Assembly (NCBI GenBank): GCA_963674755.2 | Contig: CAXXVS010000001.1 | Coordinates: forward strand, 1,239,777 to 1,303,776 | Direction: 5' to 3' | Length of the DNA: 64,000 nucleotides | Source of the DNA: Desulfobacterales bacterium | GTDB taxonomy: Bacteria > Desulfobacterota > Desulfobacteria > Desulfobacterales > UBA5852 | Shown: positions 1-11,153 of the stretch, piece by piece | How positions within the stretch are numbered: the stretch's first letter is position 1 | How the letters are laid out: the number at the start of each line of letters is the position of its first letter | The notes under the pieces: generated by a model | The model's input: the letters and a program-made list of their open reading frames with translations, nothing else | Databases searched by the model: none | What the model was told of the DNA's origin: nothing | Made by a program: the position numbers and the translations under genes

Positions 1-73
1 ATAGAGAAAGCGTGCCGACCGTCAGCTGACGGTAGCGCACCAATGACGGTTCAGACACAGGGGGAACACGACA

Positions 74-2098
74 ATGACCGATGGCGGTTCTGACAATCTG
101 AAAACGCTGGACACAATCTGCATCAACACCATCCGCACCCTTTCCATGGACGCCATCCAGGCGGCCAATTCCGGCCATCCGGGCGCGCCCATGGGGCTGG
201 CGGCGGCCGCCTACGTCCTCTGGACGGAATTTTTGCGTCATAACCCGGCCAATCCCCAATGGCCCAATCGGGACCGTTTCGTGCTCTCGGGGGGGCATGC
301 CTCCATGCTCCTATACAGCCTGCTCCATCTCACCGGCTACGATGTGAGTCTCGATGATCTCAAACAATTCCGGCAGTGGGGCAGCAAGACCCCGGGGCAT
401 CCGGAATACGGCCACACGCCGGGGGTGGAAACCACCACCGGGCCCCTCGGTCAGGGGTTTGCCAATGCGGTCGGGATGGCCATGGCCGAGCGCCATCTGG
501 CAGCCTGTTTCAACCGCCCGGATGCCGCCGTCATCGATCATTTTACCTATGTCATGTGCGGCGACGGGGACCTCATGGAGGGGCTTAGCGCCGAAGCGGC
601 GTCCCTGGCCGGCCATCTCGGTCTGGGGCGCCTGATCGTGGTTTATGACGACAACGGGATTTCCATCGAGGGCCCCACGGCCATCACCTTCACTGAAAAC
701 GTCCGGCAGCGCTTCGAAGCCTACCACTGGCATGTGCAGACGGTCGCCGACGGCAATGACCTGGAGGCGATGGTCGCCGCCCTGGAGGCGGCCCGTGGGG
801 AAAGCCAGAAGCCGTCCCTGATTATGCTCAAAACCCAGATCGCCTACGGGAGCCCCAACAAGGCCGGCTCGGCGGACGCCCACGGCGCCCCCTTGGGAAA
901 GGAAGAGGTCTGCCTCACTAAAAAATGTCTGGGATGTGACGCGGATGCCGAGTTTTGCCTACCGGAAGATGTGCTAAATCGCTTCCGGCAGGCCCTGGAC
1001 AAGGGCCGCGACGCCGAGGCGGCCTGGCAGGGGCTGATGGATACCTACCGCGCACGGCATCCGGAATCGGCCGAAGCCTTGGCGCGCGTGTTGGAAGGCC
1101 GCTTGGTGGCCGGCTGGGAGGCCGATCTGCCGTCTTTCAAACCGGAAGACGGACCGCTGGCCACCCGGGCTGCTTCGGGGCTGGTTCTCAACGCCCTGGC
1201 CGCCAAGGTCGATACCCTGTTCGGTGGTTCGGCCGATTTGGCACCGTCCAACAAGACATTTGTCAACGGGATGCCTGAGTTCCAGAAGACGGCCTATGAA
1301 GGTCGCAACATTCGCTTTGGGGTGCGGGAGCACGCCATGGGCGCCATTCTGTCGGGTATGGCGCTGCACGGCGGTATCAAACCCTATGGCGGTACCTTCC
1401 TGGTGTTTGCCGACTACATGCGGCCCGCCATCCGGTTGGCCGCCCTGATGGGGCTGCCGGTCATTTACGTATTTACCCATGACAGCATTGCCGTCGGGGA
1501 GGATGGACCGACCCATCAGCCGGTGGAGCATCTGGCCAGTTTGCGGGCCATTCCGGGATTGACGGTCATTCGTCCGGCGGACGCCACGGAAACCGCCGCC
1601 GCCTGGCGTGTGGCCGTGACAAGCAAGGATCGCCCGGTGGCACTGGCCCTGACCCGGCAGAAGCTGCCCATACTGGACCGCGCGGTGCTGCCGGAGGCTC
1701 AATCCCTTGCCAAAGGGGCTTATATCTTGGCGGATTCAACAGGTAAACCGGATATTCTTCTCATGGCCAGCGGATCCGAAGTGCATCTGGTGTTGGCGGC
1801 CCGGCAGCAGCTGGCCGGCCAGGGGATTCAAGCCCGCGTGGTCAGCATGCCCAGCTGGGAGCTGTTCGAGGCCATGCCGGTCGCCTACCGGGAAGAGGTC
1901 CTGCCCAAGGATGTCACGGCACGGCTGGCGGTGGAGGCTGGTTTGCCCATGGGCTGGGAACGCTATGTCGGCAACCCCGAGAACGTTGTCGGCGTGAACG
2001 GATTCGGCGCTTCGGCCCCGGGCCCGGTATTGCAGGAAAAATACGGGTTTACGGTCGACAATGTGGTGCAGCGGGCGCTTGCGATTGTCAGGCCTTAG
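74..2098 (+). CDS. tkt: Transketolase
   Basis: 674 aa; [27 protein letters not shown] motif, [25 protein letters not shown] upstream. Confidence 0.97.
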   Translation: MTDGGSDNLKTLDTICINTIRTLSMDAIQAANSGHPGAPMGLAAAAYVLWTEFLRHNPANPQWPNRDRFVLSGGHASMLLYSLLHLTGYDVSLDDLKQFRQWGSKTPGHPEYGHTPGVETTTGPLGQGFANAVGMAMAERHLAACFNRPDAAVIDHFTYVMCGDGDLMEGLSAEAASLAGHLGLGRLIVVYDDNGISIEGPTAITFTENVRQRFEAYHWHVQTVADGNDLEAMVAALEAARGESQKPSLIMLKTQIAYGSPNKAGSADAHGAPLGKEEVCLTKKCLGCDADAEFCLPEDVLNRFRQALDKGRDAEAAWQGLMDTYRARHPESAEALARVLEGRLVAGWEADLPSFKPEDGPLATRAASGLVLNALAAKVDTLFGGSADLAPSNKTFVNGMPEFQKTAYEGRNIRFGVREHAMGAILSGMALHGGIKPYGGTFLVFADYMRPAIRLAALMGLPVIYVFTHDSIAVGEDGPTHQPVEHLASLRAIPGLTVIRPADATETAAAWRVAVTSKDRPVALALTRQKLPILDRAVLPEAQSLAKGAYILADSTGKPDILLMASGSEVHLVLAARQQLAGQGIQARVVSMPSWELFEAMPVAYREEVLPKDVTARLAVEAGLPMGWERYVGNPENVVGVNGFGASAPGPVLQEKYGFTVDNVVQRALAIVRP

Positions 2099-2400
2099 GC
2101 TTAGCCGGGCAACGAGGAAACGCCGATGGCGTAAAGTGTACTGATGAAGGCCCCTTATGCCCCCTTCATGAATGTCAATGACGGAAACGCGATTTGGGGG
2201 TGGGGGGACGTGAATTCTGAGGAGCGACCGTCCGGCGCTGTATCACAGGGGGCCAACGCTACCAGATCAAAAAGGCGGGCGAAAGGCCTTGGAGGAGATC
2301 GGCTGGCGTTCGGCCGGAGCCACGCCGCCCAGGGGGCGGAGGCGGGTCGCCGAAACAGCTTTCCGCCCCCTGGCGGTTGTCGAGGGGTATTGGATCGAGG

Positions 2401-2751
2401 TCAGCCGATGGTGCGCTTTACAATGCCCAGCAGTTTGTCGGGATCAAAGGGCTTGGCCACATAGGCCACCGCCGATTTCACGGCATGCCGGCCGGCCATC
2501 CCGCTGATGACGATGACAGGGATGTCCTTCAATTCGTCATCCTTGGCCATCTTGCGGTAGAGGCGTGATCCCCACTCTTCGGGCATCTCCAAATCCAGAG
2601 TGACAAGATCGGGTTTGTTGGCCTTCAGCTTTTCCATACCTTCCACGCCATTGGAGGCCGTGTCGGTGTCATAACCGTTGTCGGAAAACAGCGTGGTCAG
2701 ATATTTCACAACCACCGGGTCATCGTCGATGACGAGAATTCGCTTTGCCAT
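2401..2751 (-). CDS. Stand-alone response regulator receiver, downstream of the tmc operon
   Basis: 116 aa; ILVIDDD, DLVTLDLEMP, KPF receiver motifs. Confidence 0.9.
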   Translation of the reverse strand: MAKRILVIDDDPVVVKYLTTLFSDNGYDTDTASNGVEGMEKLKANKPDLVTLDLEMPEEWGSRLYRKMAKDDELKDIPVIVISGMAGRHAVKSAVAYVAKPFDPDKLLGIVKRTIG

Positions 2752-2833
2752 AATCGGGCCTTTCTGTTGAAGGGTTGATCGTTCCGCGTCGCCTTAAAGG
2801 CAACATGGCAATGCTATGGTGTATCCTGTACCC

Positions 2834-3223
2834 TCAGCTCCCCTTGACATGGCAATCACCGCAGGTTACCGGCCCCGCTTCCCGGGCCTCATGGCACCCT
2901 TTGCAGTTGAGATGGTAGGCGCGAACCAACCCCATGGGGTATTCGCCGCCCTCGGATCCGTGGCACTCCGAGCACAGCATATCTTCCGAGCTTTCGTCTT
3001 CCACCAGATTGCCCTGCTCATCATATACATGGTGGCACACATTGCATTCATCGATGCCGGCATTTTCATTGTGCTCATCATGCATAAAAGTCGGCAGGGG
3101 GCGCATGGTGCTCGGGAAGCCGCTGTCGTCCACCATTTCAATATCCTCCTGGGAATAAGCCGAAAAGACCGCCAAGGCCAGCACACCCAGGAGCACGCCG
3201 ATAAAAAGAATATTTTTTTGCAT
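2834..3223 (-). CDS. tmcA: Acidic tetraheme cytochrome c3 (TmcA)
   Basis: Signal peptide, four CxxCH motifs (CNVCH, CSECH, CKGCH, CGDCH), acidic composition; start set at MQKN after GGAG RBS. Confidence 0.88.
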   Translation of the reverse strand: MQKNILFIGVLLGVLALAVFSAYSQEDIEMVDDSGFPSTMRPLPTFMHDEHNENAGIDECNVCHHVYDEQGNLVEDESSEDMLCSECHGSEGGEYPMGLVRAYHLNCKGCHEAREAGPVTCGDCHVKGS

Positions 3224-3279
3224 CAGTTTTTCTCCCTTGTCATCCATGAAAAGGACTGAAAAGTCAATGCCTTCTCGTT

Positions 3280-4623
3280 TTACAGGACGCTCTCCGGTTT
3301 TTCCATGACCTCGTAGATGATGTCACCCAGAAACTTCAGATCCATACCGATTTCATTATGGTGGATGATATCCTCGAGACCGCCGTGGCAGTTGTGGCAG
3401 GGGGCTACACAGGTTTCCGCACCGCGGCTTTTGGCATCGAACAACTGCTGCGCCTTGACCTTGTTGCCGTTGACACGCTTCATTTTCCAAGGGGGACCGC
3501 AGTTGATGACCCCGCCCCCGGCCGAACAACAAAAGTTGTGTTCGCGATTGGGGTGCATTTCCTCGACGTTTTCACAGATGGCATGCACCACGTACCGCAG
3601 CATTTCATGGAGACCGCGGCCCCGAATGACATTGCAGGGATCGTGAATAGTCACGGTCGGTTGGTATTTCTTCGGAATTTTGATTTTACCGGCCTTGAGC
3701 AACTCATAGAAAAATTCGATGGAATGCGTGACTTCAACAGGGGGCATGCGCCATCCCAGAGCCCGGTTGCCCATGTCGTAGATGGAGCGGAAGGCATGGC
3801 CGCACTCACCCATCACGATGCGTTTGACCTTCAGGCGCATGGCGGTTTCGAAGTGCATGCGCTTGGTGCGGGCCATGATTTCGTTGTCGCCCGTGTACAT
3901 GGCCATATCGCTGTTATCCCATCCCGGCGTGGCCGGCATGGTCCAGTTCAGGCCGGCGGCATTGAAGATGACGGCCGCTTGATAGATCAACTGGGCACGG
4001 AACTTGGGTTCCGGTCCGATGACCGAGTACATAAAATCGGCCCCCTCTTTTTCAACCGGGATGCGCAGCCCCTCAACCTCTTCCTGGGCTTCCTCTTCCT
4101 GCCATTGCAGGCTGTCGATCCATTCGTCTTCCTTGACCCACATCTGGTTGGAGGTCACCGAGTGGCTGTGGGCGGTATCCTGGATATACTGGGGCGATAT
4201 GCCCAGCTTATGGCAGAGGCGCCGTACGAACAGCATGACGAAGGCCACGTCCAGTCCGAAGGGGCAGTACATGGCGCAGCGTTTGCAGAGGTTGCACTCG
4301 GTGCTGGCGATCTCCGAGGCCTTTTTCATAAAATCCACGCTCACCCGGCCCTTTTTCTTCATGAGAACGGCCATGGTCTGTTTGACCTTGCCGGCCGGCG
4401 AATAGCGTGGGTCCTTATCGTAGGAAAGATAAAAATGGCAGGCCTCGCTGCACAAGCCGCAGCTCACACAGCTTTCCACGTAAGTCTTCAGTCGTGCGCC
4501 GGCCTCGGCCGTCATCATTTTCTGGTAGACTTGCTGGATCTTTTCAGGCGTCAGTTTTTCAGCGCCTTTTTCGATGCCTTCATCATAAATTTTCTTGTTT
4601 TCAACTGCTGCTTCGTCGCTCAT
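3280..4623 (-). CDS. tmcB: TmcB Fe-S/CCG-domain subunit (HdrD/DsrK-like)
   Basis: CxxCxxCxxxC motifs, HDPC, CCSAGGG and CHNC CCG-domain motifs; operon context. Confidence 0.9.
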   Translation of the reverse strand: MSDEAAVENKKIYDEGIEKGAEKLTPEKIQQVYQKMMTAEAGARLKTYVESCVSCGLCSEACHFYLSYDKDPRYSPAGKVKQTMAVLMKKKGRVSVDFMKKASEIASTECNLCKRCAMYCPFGLDVAFVMLFVRRLCHKLGISPQYIQDTAHSHSVTSNQMWVKEDEWIDSLQWQEEEAQEEVEGLRIPVEKEGADFMYSVIGPEPKFRAQLIYQAAVIFNAAGLNWTMPATPGWDNSDMAMYTGDNEIMARTKRMHFETAMRLKVKRIVMGECGHAFRSIYDMGNRALGWRMPPVEVTHSIEFFYELLKAGKIKIPKKYQPTVTIHDPCNVIRGRGLHEMLRYVVHAICENVEEMHPNREHNFCCSAGGGVINCGPPWKMKRVNGNKVKAQQLFDAKSRGAETCVAPCHNCHGGLEDIIHHNEIGMDLKFLGDIIYEVMEKPESVL

Positions 4624-4659
4624 TATGCAAATCCTCCCTGATGGGTGCGTATCGAGAGT

Positions 4660-5319
4660 CTACCAATCTTTGGCGAATCTTACCCCGCCGAATTCCGAAC
4701 CCATGTAACCACGGGTGAGGAAGAACAAAAACATGTGATTCAGCTTGGTGAAGGGGATGATAGCCAGTAGGACTTCCGCCGACAGCATGTGCAGAATCGT
4801 CACCGGCAGGTTGCCCGGCCACTGGTGGTAGGCCCAGTATCCCGTGATAAAGGGGGTCGCTACCAGACAAATGAGAACATAATCCCAGGCGGTGGACAGG
4901 AACTTGACATCGGGCTGAACGATTCTGCGCACCAGGAAAAAAATGCAGGCGCCGATCACCAGAAGGGTCATGATGTCGGTCACCCCATCCGGCAGGAACC
5001 ACCAACTGACGTCGAAAGCCTCGTTGATCAGCGTGATGTGGGCGAAAAGAAAGATCGGCGCCACAAAGATGCTGATGTGAAACACGAAGGTGATAATCGA
5101 CAGGAAGGGCCGTTTGCGGCTGTTGACGCTGGCAAAGGGAAAGATCCAGTGGATGATCGAACGGAACGCATAGTAAAAATTCCAGTATTCATAGACAAAA
5201 CCATCCTTTTTCTTGGCCAGCAGGGCCCGGCTGATCAGCTGATAGAGAATGCCGCCGAAAAAGAGGATGAAGGCCACCCAGGCCAGGGGGCCGGAGACAA
5301 AATTATATATGGCATGCAT
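4660..5319 (-). CDS. tmcC: TmcC membrane cytochrome b subunit (NarI-like)
   Basis: About 5 TM helices with His ligands (FVFH, HITL, ILHML, KLNHM); start MHAIY after GGAG RBS. Confidence 0.88.
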   Translation of the reverse strand: MHAIYNFVSGPLAWVAFILFFGGILYQLISRALLAKKKDGFVYEYWNFYYAFRSIIHWIFPFASVNSRKRPFLSIITFVFHISIFVAPIFLFAHITLINEAFDVSWWFLPDGVTDIMTLLVIGACIFFLVRRIVQPDVKFLSTAWDYVLICLVATPFITGYWAYHQWPGNLPVTILHMLSAEVLLAIIPFTKLNHMFLFFLTRGYMGSEFGGVRFAKDW

Positions 5320-5332
5320 AATGGATCTCCTT

Positions 5333-6610
5333 TCAGCCCAAAATGTCGTTGAGCGGTATGACGGTGCGGGTATAGACCGCATCGGACCCCTTGCCTTCCA
5401 GCGCGCGCAACAGGATGCACTGGCTGTCCGGGCTGAAAGCCGGATCCCATACCTTGGTATAGGTTTCTTTGAGCGGTTTCCCGTCCACCACCAAAGTGAA
5501 GCCATCCTTCGATTCGACCTTGGCGGCCACATGCTGGCTGTCCGGGCTGAAAACCGGCGCCCAGGCCATGTCGTATCCCCCGGGCCAAGTCTGTCCATCG
5601 ACACAGATGTGGTGGCGTTTGGCGGTCACCCCGATGCAGGCGAGACGGTTGCTGTCCGGCGAAAAGCAGGCATCCGTAACATAATCGTCAAAGGTGTGGC
5701 CCCAGGGCCGATCGTCGATGGCCATGGTCCAATGGCCATACTTGGGTGACGCGATGGCGGCCAATCGCTTGCCATCCGGGCTGTAGTGCTGGTGCCAGAG
5801 CTGGACGTAACGCCCGTTCCATAAAGGTTGCCCGTTACGCACCATGGTCCAGGCGCCATCGACTTTGGCGGGGGCGACGACCGCGCCGTCGGTAGGTCTG
5901 AAAACCGGCTGCCAGATGGAGGGGTAGGTGGTGTTCCACACCTCGCCGTCCACCGCGATCGTGTAGTCGTACAAATTGATGCGAACCTCGGCCGCGACGT
6001 GCTTGTTGTCGGGCGAGAAGGCCATTCCCCAGACATTGACGAAATTTTGCCCCCAGGCCTGCCCGTCCACGGCGACGGAGTAACAGCCCTCCTGGAATTT
6101 AAAAATTTCGGCTTCGCTGAAATCTTTGGTCTGAACGACGGCGGCGGTGTGGCTGCCGTCGGCCGTCATGGCTTTATGGCCGATATTGGCAAAAGCGTTT
6201 TCCCAGGGGGTACCGTTGGTGACCATCCTGTATTTCATGCCCTGTTGGACGGCGCACGCAATTGTTTTGCCATCCCTGGTAAATTGGGTATCCCAAACGT
6301 AGTCGAACTGTTCTTCCCAGGCTTCGCCGTCCACCGCCAAGGTCCATTGACCCGTATCGGAAACAATGCCGGTCAACCGGCCATCGGGTGAAAATCGCAG
6401 GAACCATACCTTGTCAAAGGTGTTTTCCCAGGCGGTGCCGTTGACGCAGACACTGAATTCCATTTCACCGGTCTTGACGACGGCGGCGATCTTTTCACCA
6501 TCCGGGCTGGCGTAGGGTTCTTCGACCCAGTCGAACGAGGTCGGCCAGTTTCCGAACTGGGCGATTTCTTTCCTGCCCACACTCCAGTCCCAACTGTTTG
6601 AAATGTCCAT
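5333..6610 (-). CDS. tmcD: TmcD Trp-rich beta-propeller subunit
   Basis: Repeated W..FSPDG propeller units; operon context. Confidence 0.85.
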   Translation of the reverse strand: MDISNSWDWSVGRKEIAQFGNWPTSFDWVEEPYASPDGEKIAAVVKTGEMEFSVCVNGTAWENTFDKVWFLRFSPDGRLTGIVSDTGQWTLAVDGEAWEEQFDYVWDTQFTRDGKTIACAVQQGMKYRMVTNGTPWENAFANIGHKAMTADGSHTAAVVQTKDFSEAEIFKFQEGCYSVAVDGQAWGQNFVNVWGMAFSPDNKHVAAEVRINLYDYTIAVDGEVWNTTYPSIWQPVFRPTDGAVVAPAKVDGAWTMVRNGQPLWNGRYVQLWHQHYSPDGKRLAAIASPKYGHWTMAIDDRPWGHTFDDYVTDACFSPDSNRLACIGVTAKRHHICVDGQTWPGGYDMAWAPVFSPDSQHVAAKVESKDGFTLVVDGKPLKETYTKVWDPAFSPDSQCILLRALEGKGSDAVYTRTVIPLNDILG

Positions 6611-6992
6611 GCCTTTCTCCTTAGTTAAGTTGCGTACAAAAGATGCTGTAAGAGGTCATCGCCGATGTTGCCACTCCCGCCGCAATGCCCGGTTGGGTCG
6701 GACCGGGGCGTTTTGACGTGTGGCAATAACACTCTGCAGGAATGTTTGTTGTGTCCACTCTCATTGCAGAGGGCGGCGGAAATCCAAATACATCCATCAG
6801 GCTATGCGTATAAAACAGACAAGCCCCTTGGCTTTTGGAAAGAAGTGGCAAACGCTCACACATGAAGGCGATGAGGCCTTCCGGTGCACGGACTTCGGGA
6901 GGGGCGGGGCGGGCGGATTCGGCAGACGCTTTTTTCTTCCGCATTGTTTCCAATGGGGCTCCAAAGCTATGGTTCATTTCGGGTCGTTGCCA

Positions 6993-7008
6993 GTCAAGGA
7001 GAGTGCCA
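6993..7008 (-). promoter_or_regulatory. Possible sigma54 promoter for the tmc operon (non-canonical -12)
   Basis: Minus strand TGGCACTCTCCTTGAC = TGGCAC-N5-TTG(A), with GA in place of GC. Confidence 0.3.
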
Positions 7009-7084
7009 TCACCGCTGCAATCGCTGTGGTAGGGAATTAACCCATCGAAATGTTTGTCGAAAATTTGTACCGTGGAGGCTCATT

Positions 7085-7102
7085 AAGTGAAGAAATTTAC
7101 AA
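7085..7102. promoter_or_regulatory. Candidate Rex operator upstream of the tmc operon
   Basis: AAGTGAAGAAATTTACAA versus consensus TTGTGAA-N4-TTCACAA (3 mismatches). Confidence 0.4.
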
Positions 7103-7366
7103 CAAGATGCGGAAAAACACAATCCAAAAGCGCTCATAACCCCTAAAAACTAACTTTCTATTTTGATAACGGTTAGTTGGTGAATTAAGGCGGTGTGTCG
7201 GGAAAGGCCGCACGACTGTTATGTTTGGCAATGCTGCCATGGCGAGCGGTCCGGAAGAAGCATTGACGGTTCTTTATCCAGGTTTGACAGAGAGGTACCC
7301 TTTACCTATAGTTTTGCTTTCAAGCCCAACCCGGCGCGAACATTTTTTCCCCCAAAGAGGCAGTCT

Positions 7367-8476
7367 ATGATTTGGCAGCGGTTAGCGACAATGGGCATGG
7401 TGGTTTTCATGCTGGTAGGGGGGACGGTTTCTTCCTGGGGAGAACCGGCCGGTATTCCGCCACTGGAGGAAAGTATCCGCCACTTGCCAGTTCTTGATTT
7501 TTGTGGCGAGCCTGTACCGTTGGACGATCCCGATGTAAAAGAACGTATGGACAAGGAGTTGCTGTTGTCGCTGTGGGATCGGGATCAGGCCCTTTTGTGG
7601 CTGAAGCGCTCGACCCGGTATTTCCCCTTGATCGAGAAGATGCTTTCCGAGGCCGGATTGCCGGATGACCTGAAATATGTCGCCCTGGCCGAGAGCGCCC
7701 TGCGGCCGCATGTCGGCTCACCCAAAGGCGCGATCGGCTTCTGGCAGTTCCTGCCGGAGACCGGCCGCCGTTACGGTCTGACGATCAATGACGCCATCGA
7801 TCAACGCCGCAACCTGGCCGCCTCGACCAAAGCGGCCCTTGCCTATTACCATGACCTGCATGAACGCTTTGGCTCCTGGAGTTTGGCCGTGACGGCGTTC
7901 AACATGGGTGAGGAGGGGCTTGAGGCGGAAATCATGGCCCAGGGCGTGCGGGATTTCTATCGTCTCTATCTGTCGTTGGAAACCCAGCGCTATCTTTTCA
8001 GGATCCTCTCGGCCAAGCTGATCTTAACGCAACCGCAAGCCTACGGTTTTGATTTGCAGGCCACAGATTATTACCCGCCGCTCCAATTTGCCTCCATCGA
8101 ACTGACCTGCTTCGAAGAGACCAGCTTGACGGTGGTGGCCCAAGCGGCCAAGACGGATTTCAAACGCATCAAAGATCTGAACCCGGAATTGCGCGGCCAT
8201 TATCTGGCCGCGGGAACCTATATCCTGGCGGTTCCGGAAGATGGGGCGCCCGGTTTCCACGAACGGTTCGCAAAACTGCACGCAGAGTGGGTTTCCCAAA
8301 GGAAGGCTCGGGTCTATGTTGTCCAGCCGGGGGATAATCTTACCACCATCGCCGAGCAGTTCCGGGTTCCCTTGCCAGCCATCCTGATCTGGAACCGCAT
8401 CGATATGAGTCGTCCCATCCATCCCGGCGATCGCCTGGTGATCTACCCCTTCGAGGAAAACACGGAGGATCCCTGA
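7367..8476 (+). CDS. Lytic transglycosylase (SLT) with C-terminal LysM, MltD-like
   Basis: Signal peptide; ALAES, GAIGFWQF, AFNMG SLT motifs; YVVQPGDNLTTIA LysM. Confidence 0.9.
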   Translation: MIWQRLATMGMVVFMLVGGTVSSWGEPAGIPPLEESIRHLPVLDFCGEPVPLDDPDVKERMDKELLLSLWDRDQALLWLKRSTRYFPLIEKMLSEAGLPDDLKYVALAESALRPHVGSPKGAIGFWQFLPETGRRYGLTINDAIDQRRNLAASTKAALAYYHDLHERFGSWSLAVTAFNMGEEGLEAEIMAQGVRDFYRLYLSLETQRYLFRILSAKLILTQPQAYGFDLQATDYYPPLQFASIELTCFEETSLTVVAQAAKTDFKRIKDLNPELRGHYLAAGTYILAVPEDGAPGFHERFAKLHAEWVSQRKARVYVVQPGDNLTTIAEQFRVPLPAILIWNRIDMSRPIHPGDRLVIYPFEENTEDP

Positions 8477-8510
8477 TTTTTATCGAGGCCGACCGGTGGA
8501 AAGCGCCTGT

Positions 8511-8813
8511 TCAGGGGAGTTTGATTTTCCGGCGGGAGAGTTTGGCAGCCGGGCGGTAGAGGATGGCGACATGCCCGATCATGCCGGCCCGGGAACAGTG
8601 CGTCTGGTGGCAGATGGCATCGACCACTCGGTTTTTGTCTTCCCGGTCTTTATTTTCAATGAATTTGACCTTGATCAGTTCGTGTTTTTCCAGGGCGGCT
8701 TCCAGCGATGCCAGAACCTCGTCGGTCAATCCGTTTTTGCCAACGAAAACCACGGGGTTCAGTGGATGGGCCAGGCTTCGCAAGAATTTAGTCTGTTGGC
8801 TGGTAAGTGGCAT
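8511..8813 (-). CDS. yhbY: CRM-domain RNA-binding protein YhbY
   Basis: LRSLAHPLNPVVFVGKNG, HELIKVK, IGHVAILYR. Confidence 0.93.
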   Translation of the reverse strand: MPLTSQQTKFLRSLAHPLNPVVFVGKNGLTDEVLASLEAALEKHELIKVKFIENKDREDKNRVVDAICHQTHCSRAGMIGHVAILYRPAAKLSRRKIKLP

Positions 8814-8891
8814 GGGTTAATTGTCATCCATTTGAAAAAGGTTGTGGAGGCTTTGGCGCACCGCGCGTTAGCTATGAAATTGGTCTCCGGT

Positions 8892-9854
8892 TCAGTTGCG
8901 GGTGACCATCAGCCGCATCGACAGCTGCTCACCGGCCGATGTGCGGCCGGCGCTTAAAATCTGGCTGTAAATTTCCTGGGTGGCCTCATTGGCGCCGGCA
9001 ATCTCAACCCACTGTCCCAGAGGCACGTTCAACCGGGTGGACGCTTCGGCAAAACGGATCGGCTGTCTGAAACCACGTGCATCCAAATAGCTGATATGGG
9101 GCGTAATTTCGAGCTGGACCATTTCGCCCACGAGAACCGGCCGGACATCGTAGCCGGTATCCACCTTTTTAAATGTCACCGGACCGCTGGTGTGGCCGTG
9201 TCCACGGGAGAGGCGGGACCAGCGTTCAGGATAGGGGACATCATAGCCCGAACTGATGTAGGCCGTGCTGCCGGATCGCACCATGACCATATAATCCCCC
9301 TTGCTTTGGCGTTGCCCTTGGCCTGCGGACAGCTCCGCTTCGATGCCTGTCGAGGCCTTATCGCCGGCCTCGATGGTGGCATCCCCCACCTGCACCCGGC
9401 CCTCAACCGAAGCCGATTGACCCTGACGGGATTTGTCATAGCCGTATTGAACGCGGATCCTGAGCTGCGGCACGGGCTGATCGATACGGGCAACCAGGGC
9501 GCGAATCTGGTTTACCACCGCCGGTTGATCGATGACGATCAGGGAATTGCTGGGGCCATCGGCGGAAATATAGCCGTACGGGCTGACCAGCGGCTGCACG
9601 ATGGTCAGCATTTCGTTCACATCCCGGTTGATGATGCGAATCTGGACCACCTCTTCGGCCGCCGCAGCCGGGAATACCAGCCCGGCAAGGGCCGCCATGA
9701 GTATCACAGGGATGAGAAGGGGTATCCGCCTTTGACGCCGGCCCGGATGCGTGCCAGGGCACCGGATGTCACCGACTGCGGCGCCGATGGGCTCCCGGAT
9801 CGCACCATCGGATAAGGTTTCTCTTGTCTGCAAAGCATGCATAGCGGCTCTCAT
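8892..9854 (-). CDS. Short secretin-like (NolW/Secretin_N domain) exported protein; start uncertain
   Basis: Signal-like segment, D..SNSLIVID..IRALVARIDQP Secretin_N motif, beta-rich C-terminus ending LGQWVEIAG. Confidence 0.7.
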   Translation of the reverse strand: MRAAMHALQTRETLSDGAIREPIGAAVGDIRCPGTHPGRRQRRIPLLIPVILMAALAGLVFPAAAAEEVVQIRIINRDVNEMLTIVQPLVSPYGYISADGPSNSLIVIDQPAVVNQIRALVARIDQPVPQLRIRVQYGYDKSRQGQSASVEGRVQVGDATIEAGDKASTGIEAELSAGQGQRQSKGDYMVMVRSGSTAYISSGYDVPYPERWSRLSRGHGHTSGPVTFKKVDTGYDVRPVLVGEMVQLEITPHISYLDARGFRQPIRFAEASTRLNVPLGQWVEIAGANEATQEIYSQILSAGRTSAGEQLSMRLMVTRN

Positions 9855-9929
9855 AAGGTGCTATCTACGATCAATCCGCGTTTTGTGGCGCTGGCCGTGA
9901 AAATCCCTGAGGCCATGGCCCCTTGGTGC

Positions 9930-11153
9930 TCAATCCAGGGCATTCCCAATACGTTCCATGGCATCCAGGACCTTTTCATGATCATTAAAGGCGCTGATGC
10001 GAATGTAGCCCTCGCCGCAGCGGCCAAAGCCCGGCCCCGGCGTACAAACGACGCCGGCTCTGTTCAGGAGCTTGTCGAAAAAGTCCCAGGCATCTCCGCC
10101 GGTATTGATCCAGACATAGGGGGAGTTCTCCCCGCCAATGAGGTCGAATCCCAAGGCCGACATCCGTTCACGAATCACGGCGGCATTTTTAAGGTAATAA
10201 TCGATCAGGATTTTGGTCTGAATCCCCCCTTCGGCTGAGTAGACTGCGGCGGCCGCCCTCTGGACGGGATAGGAGACGCCATTGAATTTGGTCGTGTGGC
10301 GACGGTTCCAAAGGGTGTGTAACACATGTTGGTGGCCCTCACTATCGTAGGCCCGGCACGCTTTGGGAACGACGGTGTAGGCACAGCGCGTACCGGTGAA
10401 GCCGGCGGTTTTGGAGAAGCTGCGAAATTCGATGGCCACTTCCCGGGCCCCCTCGATCTCATAGATCGAGTGGGGCAATGAATCGTCACGGATGAAGGCT
10501 TCATAGGCTGCATCGAACAAGATCAGGGCCTGGTTATCACGGGCGAAGGCGACCCACTGGGCAAGTGCTTCCCGGTCGATGGTGGCGCCCGTGGGATTGT
10601 TGGGAAAGCAAAGGTAAATCAAATCGACCGGCTCCTCGGGGAAGGCGGGGATGAAGCCATTGGCCGGCGTGCTGGGCATATAGACGACCTCGCCATAGCG
10701 GCCTTCCTTGTAGATGCCCGTGCGGCCCGCCATGACATTGGTATCGATGTAGACCGGATACACCGGGTCCGGTATGGCAACTTTGATATCCGTGGCAAAA
10801 AGCTCCTGGATATTGGCCGTATCACATTTCGATCCGTCGCTGATGAAAATTTCGCTGGAATCGATGTCGGCATTGCGCGCCTGGAAGTCATGTTGGGCGA
10901 TTTTTTCCCGCAAAAAGGGGTAACCCTGTTCCGGGCCGTATCCTTTGAAGGTGGCCCCTTGGGCCATTTCATCAACACCTTCGTGAAAGGCCCTGATGCA
11001 AGCTTCGGGCAGCGGGCGCGTTACATCGCCGATACCGAGTTTGATGACATCCGTGTCCGGGTTCGCTTTCTGGAAAGCGTTCACACGTTTGGCGATTTCA
11101 CTGAATAAATAGGAAGATTGCAGCTTGCGGTAATTTTCGTTGATCCGAATCAT
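9930..11153 (-). CDS. dapL: LL-diaminopimelate aminotransferase
   Basis: [40 protein letters not shown]. Confidence 0.95.
   Translation of the reverse strand: MIRINENYRKLQSSYLFSEIAKRVNAFQKANPDTDVIKLGIGDVTRPLPEACIRAFHEGVDEMAQGATFKGYGPEQGYPFLREKIAQHDFQARNADIDSSEIFISDGSKCDTANIQELFATDIKVAIPDPVYPVYIDTNVMAGRTGIYKEGRYGEVVYMPSTPANGFIPAFPEEPVDLIYLCFPNNPTGATIDREALAQWVAFARDNQALILFDAAYEAFIRDDSLPHSIYEIEGAREVAIEFRSFSKTAGFTGTRCAYTVVPKACRAYDSEGHQHVLHTLWNRRHTTKFNGVSYPVQRAAAAVYSAEGGIQTKILIDYYLKNAAVIRERMSALGFDLIGGENSPYVWINTGGDAWDFFDKLLNRAGVVCTPGPGFGRCGEGYIRISAFNDHEKVLDAMERIGNALD

Noticed and set aside
6621..6977. 118-aa ORF upstream of tmcD
   Set aside because: No recognisable motif or RBS; probably leader sequence.
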